NCBI GenBank assembly: GCA_043786385.1
Contig: JAYVWC010000013.1
Span: 722-64,721 of the forward strand
Direction: 5' to 3'
Origin: Spongiibacteraceae bacterium
Lineage (GTDB): Bacteria > Pseudomonadota > Gammaproteobacteria > Pseudomonadales > CAMLJR01
DNA length: 64,000 nt
The position numbers were made by a program, and so were the translations under genes. This document shows, piece by piece, positions 19,850-28,959 of the stretch (the stretch's first letter is position 1; every line of letters begins with the position of its first letter). The notes under the pieces were generated by a model. It had not been told where the DNA came from. It ran no database searches and saw nothing but the letters and a program-made list of their open reading frames with translations.

Positions 19850-21244
19850 CTATCGCGACCAATGCCATTGTTGCGGCTGGTAACTGATACCCAGTGACAC
19901 AACATTGGAGTTCGCTTGGTTGTCGATTTGAGTATATTTTTGTTTGCTGAATGTATAGCCAGCGTTTAAAAACCATTGTTCACTGATTTGGTGTCGGTAG
20001 TTTAGTGAGGCATTCCCGTAATTGCGATCGGCGCTTGACGAATTCTGTATCGAATTGCTACCACCTATTGCACGGTTGCGTACCAGTGTTAGGCTGGTGG
20101 AGATCTGATCCAACTCCGTTAATGCGTAACTCCAGTTTGAGCCGATTTGCAATTGATCAACCGTGTAACCGCTGGAGGTGGGTTGCGAAGATTGCGTTGT
20201 ATTTAAGCCAAACTGTTGCCGTTCATTGTGCCAGGTCCAATCGAGCTCCGCAGTAAACAGTCGGTCGTTCTGATCGGGTAAATTACATATGCCGCCGACG
20301 GGGTACTGTGCTGCTTGTAAAGCAATGTAATATGGATTGGCGCAAAAATCTTGCGTCGAGCTGAGTGGGTAGGAGGTTGAGTTTTGCGAGCTACCCACGC
20401 GCGCCTGTAGCAATGATTCCTCGGACCATTGGTGATCGATGCCGACTTGAACCCCTTCGTTTTTAGTTCGAGTCGAGTAACTTTGTTGGCCAAAACGGTT
20501 TGCTGGAACAGTGCCATAGTCTCCAGAGACGTCTTGGTTTGGCACCCCAAAGGTCACATCGTCGGAATCAAAATCCGAATAATTTACGGCTGTAACCCAT
20601 TTTGTTCTTTCATTAAAAATATAAATCCAATCGACTTCAGCGCCGGTGTTTTTGTAGCCGGTATAGCCCGCGCTGTGGTAATCCTGAGTGCTGTAGGTGG
20701 CACTCAGTTGTAATTGATTAGTTTCATTCAGTATGTAGGTCCAGTTGGGAGAGATACGATATATTTCCGTTGGTTCAGCCTTGTCGCTGATATTGCCGCT
20801 GGTCAATAATTCACTGGTAATGGTGGATTCGCGTACGATGGCAGCATTTAATCCCACGCTGCTGTTTTCAAATTGATGCGCTAGCGCGAGCGCGATATTT
20901 TGATCGTCGCTATTAAATTCGTTCTTATCGTAACGATTAAATGAGAAGGTTGATGTCAGCGCCAGTTTTGAGGTTTCCGTGCTGGCATCGAGCGTCAAAA
21001 CCGGTGCGACTTGATATTTGGTGACTGCTGTTTTGTCGCTCTGCACCAGGCGTAAGTTGTCGTTATGGCTCGTATTTGCATTTATCACCGCACTGGCGGA
21101 ATAATCGGTGGCTGAGGCTATCGATGTAACGCTTGCAAAGATTAACGACAAAATAACTCGTTTGCTTTGGGGCGGCAGCGCTAACGAACTTTGAGTCGAC
21201 GACAGCAGTGCTTGACGAATAATGTTAAATCGCATTGAGTGCAA
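19850..21244 (-). CDS. Outer-membrane beta-barrel protein of the polysaccharide export locus
   Basis: Signal peptide, NDN motif near the N-terminus, alternating aromatic beta-strand pattern; lies between wza and wzc. Confidence 0.7.
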   Translation of the reverse strand: MHSMRFNIIRQALLSSTQSSLALPPQSKRVILSLIFASVTSIASATDYSASAVINANTSHNDNLRLVQSDKTAVTKYQVAPVLTLDASTETSKLALTSTFSFNRYDKNEFNSDDQNIALALAHQFENSSVGLNAAIVRESTITSELLTSGNISDKAEPTEIYRISPNWTYILNETNQLQLSATYSTQDYHSAGYTGYKNTGAEVDWIYIFNERTKWVTAVNYSDFDSDDVTFGVPNQDVSGDYGTVPANRFGQQSYSTRTKNEGVQVGIDHQWSEESLLQARVGSSQNSTSYPLSSTQDFCANPYYIALQAAQYPVGGICNLPDQNDRLFTAELDWTWHNERQQFGLNTTQSSQPTSSGYTVDQLQIGSNWSYALTELDQISTSLTLVRNRAIGGSNSIQNSSSADRNYGNASLNYRHQISEQWFLNAGYTFSKQKYTQIDNQANSNVVSLGISYQPQQWHWSR

Positions 21245-21247
21245 GCC

Positions 21248-21799
21248 TTACGGAACCACAACCACATCGCCACTTTGGAGTGGGATGTTGGTCTTTAACG
21301 CGTCGCCGGTTTTTACATCGCTATAGCTGAATTTAATGGCCTTTTGTGATCCATCCGGTTGGCGATGCAATACATTGATGCTGCTTTCAGCGGCGTAGGC
21401 ATTTAATCCGCCAGCAATTGCTAAAGCTTGCATAATGTCGGTGGGGCCATTGATGGGGTACATGCCGGGGCGATTCACTTTGCCCAACACGTATATTTGA
21501 TTGCCTGCGGTTTGTTTTATCGAGATGGTGACCGAAGGTTTGTCTTTCATAAACTTCGCCAGTCTTTCAGCCAAGCTCTCCTGCAATTCTTCCGCGGTTA
21601 GACCACCGGCCATTAGCTGGCCGGCCAGCGGTACGCTGATTTTGCCATCGGGGTGGACGAGTACTTCTTGGGAGAGATCTTTTTCGTTCCACACGTAAAC
21701 GATCAGAATATCGCCAGGATTCAAATGATAGGGCGCGATTTCCGCGCGCGCATACGTAGCTGATACAAGTAGTAGTACGATCAAAATAAAACGAGACAT
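21248..21799 (-). CDS. wza: Short polysaccharide export protein (OPX/Wza family; PES plus one SLBB domain)
   Basis: YHLNPGD, VHPDGKISVPLAG, IYVLGKVNRPG and LQSGDVVVVP motifs; no lipobox or C-terminal OM helix. Confidence 0.85.
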   Translation of the reverse strand: MSRFILIVLLLVSATYARAEIAPYHLNPGDILIVYVWNEKDLSQEVLVHPDGKISVPLAGQLMAGGLTAEELQESLAERLAKFMKDKPSVTISIKQTAGNQIYVLGKVNRPGMYPINGPTDIMQALAIAGGLNAYAAESSINVLHRQPDGSQKAIKFSYSDVKTGDALKTNIPLQSGDVVVVP

Positions 21800-22276
21800 G
21801 ACGCTCTCTTATCAATAAATGTTGAATGGTACTAACGGGTTCGACATTCAAGCTTTGGATGTTCCAGCTTAGTATGTCTGACGTTGACTGCAAATTTATG
21901 AAAACGCCTTAACGGCCAGTTATTTGTCTGTTTAGCAGGCCTTCACTTAGGGCAACAATTGCGTGCAATCGTTCCGCAATGTCTGTTTTTATTTCTACTT
22001 TTGCGGTTGAGGCCGCTTACGGTGACCGCTATCCAGCGCGGCGCTTAGTATACTATCGAAACGAGTAGTCAGCACTACGTTGAACATAAGAGAAGAGTCG
22101 GCCGTCGAGCCAGTTTTAAATTTTTATCGATTCCGCTATAGCCAGACGGCTTGTGTCTGCTTATCATGTGCCCGGTAAATAACAAGTCTAAAACACAAAT
22201 AATTTGTTGGCATGCTCCCGCGCGGCGGGGCAGCTTCGATAAACATAAGTTTAATAATAGATAATCACTCAAGGAG

Positions 22277-23617
22277 ATGCTTATGAAGAACTCAGCTGTA
22301 TTCGCGGCTATTCCATTTACCACCCTTTTATTGCTGGCCGGCTGTGGTGGTAGCAGTTCTGGGGGCGATCCATCTACTCCATCTACACCTACTCCACCCG
22401 TATATCCGCCTATTCCACCGGCTGAATTGCTCCCTGCGACGTCGGCGGGCATGTGGGATGGCACCACTGGCACGAACCGCACTATTTCAGGTGTTGTCAC
22501 GAAAGAGGGTAACTACTGGCTCGCGTACAGCTCAGTAGGCAATGCTGCCGTGCCGGCTGGGTTTTATGCGGGGCAGGCCGCCCCAGAGAGCGGTAGTTTT
22601 TCAGCGCCAGGTTTGCGGGAGTTTAATTTTGAGAGTGGTGGTGCCCAGCAGGGCACATTGACATCGACTTACACGCAGTCGCTGGGGTATACCAGTGCCA
22701 ACACGCTGGCAGGCTCGTTTGGGAGTGTGACTGTAGGTAACACCTACGGCCTGACAGCTACCGGCAAAATGGTCAACGCAACAGGCGGTGGCGATATTCT
22801 CCTCTCTTTTAGCGGAACCTGGGATGCTGACGCTAATGCTGGCACGTGGGCAGGTACAATCGCTGCACCTGCTCTGGCCAGTAGCGGGGATGGTCTTATA
22901 CATGTCCTAGGGCAAAGTTTTACAATGAACGAAGCTGATGGTAAAGGCCTTTTGGCGTCGGCACTCTTGACCAATTGTAGCGATCCGTTGGGTGGTGTGG
23001 GGTGTGCTAGCCTTATCCCCTCCTTCAAGGGCCAGCTTCGTAGCGGCGCTACCAACACCCCTTTTTATGATCCCGTAACGAACAACATTCCAAACGGTGC
23101 GCAGGCCGCTGCCTTCGTGCCAGTCGATGGTCTTAGCGTATCTTGGCTGCTTCGCATCACTGATGCTACTACTACTCCTATCACTTACACGTACAATCCG
23201 CTGACTGTGACGTTGACTGCGCAGTCGTTGCCATCGATAACCGCGGATACATTTACCAGCACTTATAACGTCGCATATGAAGCAGCGCCAACGTTGGCTG
23301 CTGTCGCGGGGGCTCATGCAGGCGTGAGTGGCGTGGGTAACGCGATGGATCTGACGGGCGCAGCATTTAATGTTGATGCTACAACGGGTGCGGTGACCGG
23401 TGGTAGTACCGGTACTGGCGGTTGCACGTTCTCTGGCTCGCTTGCTCCGCACTCCACAGGCAATGTTTACGACGTAACTTTTAATTTTACCCCTGGCGGA
23501 TCATGCACCTACACTGGCGCCTTTACCGGGGCAGCCTACTTGAGCGCGAGTAATAAGTTGACGGTTACGTTAGTGGATAGTGCTCGCAATAAGGGGTTTC
23601 TATTTGTAGCAAATTAA
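22277..23617 (+). CDS. Outer-membrane lipoprotein carrying an inserted domain homologous to the neighbouring PEP-CTERM protein
   Basis: RBS AAGGAG; lipobox LLAG-C23; Pro-rich linker; residues ~157-314 align by eye with the 24042-24710 product. Confidence 0.85.
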   Translation: MLMKNSAVFAAIPFTTLLLLAGCGGSSSGGDPSTPSTPTPPVYPPIPPAELLPATSAGMWDGTTGTNRTISGVVTKEGNYWLAYSSVGNAAVPAGFYAGQAAPESGSFSAPGLREFNFESGGAQQGTLTSTYTQSLGYTSANTLAGSFGSVTVGNTYGLTATGKMVNATGGGDILLSFSGTWDADANAGTWAGTIAAPALASSGDGLIHVLGQSFTMNEADGKGLLASALLTNCSDPLGGVGCASLIPSFKGQLRSGATNTPFYDPVTNNIPNGAQAAAFVPVDGLSVSWLLRITDATTTPITYTYNPLTVTLTAQSLPSITADTFTSTYNVAYEAAPTLAAVAGAHAGVSGVGNAMDLTGAAFNVDATTGAVTGGSTGTGGCTFSGSLAPHSTGNVYDVTFNFTPGGSCTYTGAFTGAAYLSASNKLTVTLVDSARNKGFLFVAN

Positions 23618-23655
23618 AAAAGAGAAGTGGTTGCGGGGTAGTTATTGCGCAACAT

Positions 23656-23689
23656 AAAAAAAAGGGGCTGCATTATGCAGCCCTTTTTT
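23656..23689. terminator. Bidirectional intrinsic terminator
   Basis: A8-G-GGGCTGCA-TTA-TGCAGCCC-T6, downstream of the lipoprotein gene. Confidence 0.85.
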
Positions 23690-23973
23690 ATGGGTGGCTT
23701 TTCTAGTGAGGCGAGAATCGGCGAGGGTGCGGCGAGCTGTGGCAATGGCACGCCGCATTGTGGGCTGGGCGATGGATGGCGGATGCCTCAGGCGCTTATC
23801 ACACTACACTGATGATGGCGATTGCACCATGCAAGCCCGGCGAAGGTTTGCTCCATCACCAGGAGTGGGCACCTTAGGCGTAGTGATCGCGGCAGCCAGT
23901 ACATGAGTAAGCGTTATCGAGTGAGGAGCGAGTGGGTCTGATGGGGGCGCGTGGGTATTTTTATGAGGGGTCT

Positions 23974-24004
23974 ATAAAGAACTAGCGCGGGATTGCCCCG
24001 CGCT
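23974..24004 (-). terminator. Probable intrinsic terminator of the PEP-CTERM gene
   Basis: AGCGCGGG/CCCGCGCT stem at 23984-24004, followed on the minus strand by AGTTCTTTAT. Confidence 0.55.
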
Positions 24005-24041
24005 GTACGCCATCCTTGGCGCTGTTAAGTCCGAGTACTGA

Positions 24042-24710
24042 TTAAGCTGCGCGACGGCGGCGAGCTGTACCAGCCAAGCCCAACAGGGCAGAGCCGAACA
24101 ACCATGCTGCTGCCGGTACTGGTACTTGCGAGAGTGTGACAGACAGCGGATTGTAAGTGTAGACGGTGTATCCTGCGGTGATGACCTCATCAGTCTCTGG
24201 ATCGATGACTGGTGCGACTGCAGTGGCTATGCGGAGCAGCCAACTTGTGGTGAGGCCATTAGATGGCACGAAGCCAACAGCTGGTGTAGTTGGGGTGGGT
24301 GTCAATACGGGGGCCCAAGCGGGGGTATTGGTGGCGCCATTTTGGAGGCTGCCCTTGAAGCCGGGGAGAGTGCCAGCACATCCTGGGCCACCCAATGGAT
24401 CAGTACAGTTCAATCCGCCGGCAGCCTGTGACAAAAGGCCTTTGCCATTGACTTCGTCCATAGTAAAGTTTTGGGTGGTGATATGGATAAGGCCATCGCC
24501 AACGCCTTCCAGCGCGGGCGGATCGATTGTTACGCCCCACGAGCCAGCATTTGTCGCATCATTCCAGGTGCCGACCATAGTGAAGAAGATGTCGCCGCCG
24601 CCTTCCGGATTAACTTGTTTGCCAGAAGCGTTGACGTCCCAGATGGCAGCGTTTGCAGCGCCAGCGCCGACCAGAACAGATACAGCCAATAAAGATTTAA
24701 TTGCGTTCAT
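24042..24710 (-). CDS. VPLPA/PEP-CTERM sorting-signal surface protein
   Basis: Signal peptide ending AANA; C-terminus VPVPAAAWLFGSALLGLAGTARRRRAA (motif, TM, Arg cluster). Confidence 0.93.
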   Translation of the reverse strand: MNAIKSLLAVSVLVGAGAANAAIWDVNASGKQVNPEGGGDIFFTMVGTWNDATNAGSWGVTIDPPALEGVGDGLIHITTQNFTMDEVNGKGLLSQAAGGLNCTDPLGGPGCAGTLPGFKGSLQNGATNTPAWAPVLTPTPTTPAVGFVPSNGLTTSWLLRIATAVAPVIDPETDEVITAGYTVYTYNPLSVTLSQVPVPAAAWLFGSALLGLAGTARRRRAA

Positions 24711-24717
24711 TATGTGT

Positions 24718-24849
24718 TTCCTCGAGGTTACTCGAGAAAGGTGGTGACCCGACTATCTTGGCAGCTCTTCACTTCAATGCCGCGACTGCTCAAGACTCGT
24801 AGTTTTCCGTCCCCAGCTCACACTGGGTTTGGCCTTTTACAGCTTTCCC
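24718..24849 (-). ncRNA. c-di-GMP-I (GEMM) riboswitch with translational expression platform
   Basis: Minus strand reads GGGAAAGCTGTAAAAGGCCAAACCCAGT-GTGA-GCTGGGGACGGAAAACTACGAGTCTTG...CAAGATAGTCGGGTCACCACCTTTCTC, matching the GEMM-I layout (AAACC, GNRA loop, GACG.AAA, AGATAG, ACC). Confidence 0.85.
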
Positions 24850-25279
24850 AAACAATGGTTATTAATTTTAGATTTACTTCCTCCGTTGCCCTCGCTAAAC
24901 CGCAGTACAGGACAACTGGTGCATAGAAATACTATATGCCCCTGTGCAATGCAACCACATAATAAGAACTTATGGAGCTAGATAGATATTTCATAGAGTT
25001 TTTAGTGCTAAGAAGTTAGATTGGCGCAGAAGAATTGATTTCTAACTATTTGTTTTTAATATATTTTTTAATTCAATAGCACTTTGTAGCTAGGCATGCC
25101 GACGTCATGGATAGTGCAACTTTATGGATCAAATAACCTTGAAATAGTTCCTCTGCGGGCGAAAATGATGCGGCAATAAACGCGGATGCGACACTAAACG
25201 CTTGCGGCAGCAAAGTCTGAGTCCATAGGTTAATGAAGTTGAAGGCCGTTGTTTGCGTCTATTAACTGGTCTGGCTGGA

Positions 25280-26884
25280 TCACAGCGCAAAACTATCCGC
25301 GCGCGCCATTTCCCAACTGGTCGCATAGAATTCATGTTCGATTTTTTCCTTGAGCAATTCGCCCGGTTTTAGATAGATGTGCAATTGCGAAAATAACTGA
25401 ATACGGGTGCTGCTGACGCGCCGTACCAAATGGTGCGGGCCGATGTCGCTCGGGTGTTGTAGTCCCGCTGCGGCGAGAATTTCAGCGAGCGCTTTCATCG
25501 TGTTGCGATGAAAGTTGTAAACCCGTTCCGCCTTCTCTGGCACCGCGAGCGCGCGCTGCCGCAACGCATCTTGCGTGGCTACCCCGGTGGGGCATGTATT
25601 GGTGTGGCAGTGCTGACTTTGAATGCAGCCGATGGCGAACATAAAACCGCGCGCGGCGTTGACCCAATCTGCGCCGATCGCCAATGTGCTGGCGATATCG
25701 AATGCACTAATGATTTTGCCGCTGGCGCCAATGCGAATGTGCTGCCGCAGATTTGCACCCACCAGCGTGTTGTGAACGAACAGCAGCCCGTCGCGCATCG
25801 GCACGCCGATATGATCGATAAACTCGACCGGCGCAGCACCGGTGCCGCCCTCCGCGCCATCGACAACGATAAAGTCCGGCATGATTCCGGTTTTCAGCAT
25901 CGCCTTGACCAGGCCCATAAATTCCCACGGATGGCCGAGACAACATTTGAAGCCGACCGGTTTGCCGCCGGACAATTCTCGCAGCTGTGCGATAAATTGC
26001 ATCATTTCAAGTGGTGTGGTGAATGCGGAATGCGAAGCCGGTGAAACGCAATCCTGCCCCATCGGCACACCGCGAGTCGATGCGATCTCCGCGCTGACTT
26101 TATTGGCGGGTAGAATGCCGCCGTGGCCGGGCTTGGCACCTTGGCTCAGCTTGATTTCAATCATTTTCACTTGCGGATCGCGTGCCTGCTCGGCAAAGCG
26201 CTCGGGGTCAAAGTGCCCATCGGCAGTTCGGCAACCAAAATAGCCACTGCCCAACTCCCAAGTTAAATCGCCACCATGCTCGCGGTGATAAGGGCTGATG
26301 CTGCCTTCGCCGGTGTCGTGCGCGAAGCCGCCGAGCTTTGCGCCTTTGTTTAATGCGCGAATTGCATTGGCGCTCAGCGCACCGAAGCTCATCGCTGAAA
26401 TATTGAATACCGATGCCGAATACGGTTGCGTGCAGCCAGGCCCGCCCACTTGAATTCGAAAGTTGCTCGGGTCGATATGCTGTGAAGGTCGCGTGGAATG
26501 GCCGATGAACTCGTAACCATCCTGATACACATCGAGCAGCGTACCGAAGGCTTTTTCCGACGCGACATTTTTGGCGCGCGCGTAGACTAACGAACGCTGG
26601 CTGCGCGAAAAAGGAAGTTTTTCATTATCGGCTTCGAGCAAATATTGGCGAATCTCGGGGCGAATAAACTCAACGAAATAGCGAATATGACCAAGGATTG
26701 GATAATTGCGGCGCACCGAGTGGTTGCGTTGCACAAGATCATATAACCCGACGAGGCTGAGTATTCCGGTGATCAGCGTCAGCGGCCACAACCAAATCCA
26801 CAAATGCAATAATGACAGCGTCAGTCCAGCAGTTAATAAGCAAATCACCAGCGTTGCATAGCGACTCAATAACGATAATTGCAT
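25280..26884 (-). CDS. FMN-binding glutamate synthase family protein with N-terminal TM segments
   Basis: ISAMSFGALS, DTGEG, EIKLSQGAKPG, DGAEGGTGAAP and CIQSQHCHTNTCPTG motifs. Confidence 0.92.
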   Translation of the reverse strand: MQLSLLSRYATLVICLLTAGLTLSLLHLWIWLWPLTLITGILSLVGLYDLVQRNHSVRRNYPILGHIRYFVEFIRPEIRQYLLEADNEKLPFSRSQRSLVYARAKNVASEKAFGTLLDVYQDGYEFIGHSTRPSQHIDPSNFRIQVGGPGCTQPYSASVFNISAMSFGALSANAIRALNKGAKLGGFAHDTGEGSISPYHREHGGDLTWELGSGYFGCRTADGHFDPERFAEQARDPQVKMIEIKLSQGAKPGHGGILPANKVSAEIASTRGVPMGQDCVSPASHSAFTTPLEMMQFIAQLRELSGGKPVGFKCCLGHPWEFMGLVKAMLKTGIMPDFIVVDGAEGGTGAAPVEFIDHIGVPMRDGLLFVHNTLVGANLRQHIRIGASGKIISAFDIASTLAIGADWVNAARGFMFAIGCIQSQHCHTNTCPTGVATQDALRQRALAVPEKAERVYNFHRNTMKALAEILAAAGLQHPSDIGPHHLVRRVSSTRIQLFSQLHIYLKPGELLKEKIEHEFYATSWEMARADSFAL

Positions 26885-27034
26885 GCCAGGAATCCCATTG
26901 TGGCTGGAGCTACGGTTGAATATCGAAGTGAAGAGTGTAGGGCGCGATGGGCGCTTTTGGTAGCATCCAGACGGCGCCTATAAATCGCATACGAGCTATG
27001 CTTACTTTAACAATAACTCGCTGGAGGATTTCTG

Positions 27035-28834
27035 ATGACAGACTACAAAGCGCCATTGCGCGACATCCGTTTTGTACGCAACGAGTTGTTCGATTTCGCC
27101 AGCCATTACCGCACGTTGCGGGGCGGTGAAAACGCGACGCCGGATATCGTCGATGCGGTGATTGAGGAGGGCGCCAAATTTTGCGAGCAAGAGTTAGGAC
27201 CGCTGCGCGGGGTTGGCGATAGCGAAGGCTGCCATTTAACTGAGAATGGCGTCGTAACGCCCAGCGGATTTCGCGCTGCGTACCAGCGCTATATCGAAGG
27301 CGGTTGGCCGTCGCTGAGTATGCCGGAGGCATTCGGCGGTCAGGGCTTGCCGGTGTCGCTCGATCTCACCATTATGGAAATGACCGGCGGCGCGAACTTT
27401 CCGTGGGCGATGTATCCCGGTTTGAGCGCGGGCGCGCGCAATACGTTGATGCAGCACGGCAGCGCCGAGCAGCAAAAAATTTACTTAACCAAACTGGTCG
27501 AAGGCCGTTGGACTGGCACCATGTGTCTAACCGAAGCGCATTGCGGTAGCGATTTAGGCATGTTGCGCACCAGCGCAGAGCCGCAAGCCGATGGCACCTA
27601 TCGAATTAGCGGCACTAAGATTTTTATTTCGTCGGGCGATCACGATCTCGCCGAAAATATTGTGCATATTGTTTTGGCGCGCTTACCCGATGCGCCGGCT
27701 GGCACCAAAGGTATTTCGTTGTTTGTGGTGCCAAAATATTTACCCGATGCCAACGGCGACAAAGGTGCGCGCAACGGTGTGAGTGTCGGCTCGCTCGAAG
27801 AAAAAATGGGCATTCACGGCAACGCGACCTGCGTGCTTAATTTCGACGGCGCTACCGGTTTTATGATCGGCGAACCAAATCACGGTTTGCATTATATGTT
27901 CACGTTTATGAACACTGCGCGCATTGGTACGTCGTTGCAGGGGCTTGGTCACGCCGAGGTGGCGATGCAAGGTGCGCTGCGGTATGCGCGCGAACGCTTG
28001 CAAATGCGCTCGCTGACCGGTGCGAAAAATCCGAGCGGGCCGGCCGATCCAATCATCGTACATCCCGATGTGCGACGCATGTTATTAACGATCAAATCAT
28101 TCGCCGAAGGCAATCGCGCATTTTTATATTATCTCGCGCAATTTGCCGATTTCGCTCGCGATGGCGACGATGCACAACGGCAACACGCCGAAGATTTATT
28201 GGCATTGCTGACGCCGATTGCGAAAGGTTTTATGACCGAAACCGGTTTGGAAGCCGCGAGCCTCGGCATGCAAATCTTCGGTGGCCACGGTTATATTCGC
28301 GCGTGGGGCATGGAGCAAAATATGCGCGATGCGCGCATCGCAACGATTTATGAAGGCACCACCGGTATCCAGGCGCTCGATTTATTGGGCCGCAAAGTAT
28401 TGGGTAGCGGCGGTAAATTGTTGATCAACTTTATCGAGCAGATCAATGCGTACACGGGCGCGCAAGCTAACAATGCGGCATTGCAAGAGTTTATCGGCCC
28501 GCTCGCGACGATCACACAGCAGTGGGGCGAGCTGACCGCAGCGATCGGCGGTCGCGCGATGCAAAACGCCGACGAGGCCGGTGCGGCATCGGTGGATTAT
28601 CTGATGTACTCGGGCTATGTAGTGCTGGCATTTTTCTGGGCGCGCATGGCAGAGGTGGCGCAGCGCGCATTGGCGCAGCCAGGCGCCGAAGCCGAGTTTT
28701 ATAGCGCGAAATTAAAAACCGCACGCTTTTTCTATCAACGTATTTTGCCACGCACCGCGGCTCATAAATTGGCGATGGATGCCGGCGCCGATAGTTTGAT
28801 GGCGATGACTGCAGCGGAGTTCGGCGTGTTGTAG
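27035..28834 (+). CDS. Acyl-CoA dehydrogenase (long form with C-terminal domain)
   Basis: GTMCLTE, GTKIFIS, EEKMGIHGNAT, QIFGGHGY and IYEGTTGIQA motifs. Confidence 0.95.
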   Translation: MTDYKAPLRDIRFVRNELFDFASHYRTLRGGENATPDIVDAVIEEGAKFCEQELGPLRGVGDSEGCHLTENGVVTPSGFRAAYQRYIEGGWPSLSMPEAFGGQGLPVSLDLTIMEMTGGANFPWAMYPGLSAGARNTLMQHGSAEQQKIYLTKLVEGRWTGTMCLTEAHCGSDLGMLRTSAEPQADGTYRISGTKIFISSGDHDLAENIVHIVLARLPDAPAGTKGISLFVVPKYLPDANGDKGARNGVSVGSLEEKMGIHGNATCVLNFDGATGFMIGEPNHGLHYMFTFMNTARIGTSLQGLGHAEVAMQGALRYARERLQMRSLTGAKNPSGPADPIIVHPDVRRMLLTIKSFAEGNRAFLYYLAQFADFARDGDDAQRQHAEDLLALLTPIAKGFMTETGLEAASLGMQIFGGHGYIRAWGMEQNMRDARIATIYEGTTGIQALDLLGRKVLGSGGKLLINFIEQINAYTGAQANNAALQEFIGPLATITQQWGELTAAIGGRAMQNADEAGAASVDYLMYSGYVVLAFFWARMAEVAQRALAQPGAEAEFYSAKLKTARFFYQRILPRTAAHKLAMDAGADSLMAMTAAEFGVL

Positions 28835-28959
28835 CTGTTTACAACTCGTGCAACCTGTCTTTGAATCGATAGGCGACAGCGCTAAAACCGGGTAAAATCG
28901 CGACCCCTCGCGGCCATGCCTGGCGCGCCCGCCATCGTCTCAGATAGGATTTACTCGCA

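Noticed and set aside
21800-22276. ops/JUMPStart element or sigma54 promoter in the divergent wza-lipoprotein region
   Set aside because: No GGCGGTAG and no correctly spaced TGGCAC-N5-TTGC was found.
23690-23973. Gene or sRNA between the two terminators (ORF 23694-23906)
   Set aside because: No RBS, motif, promoter or clear structure was recognised.
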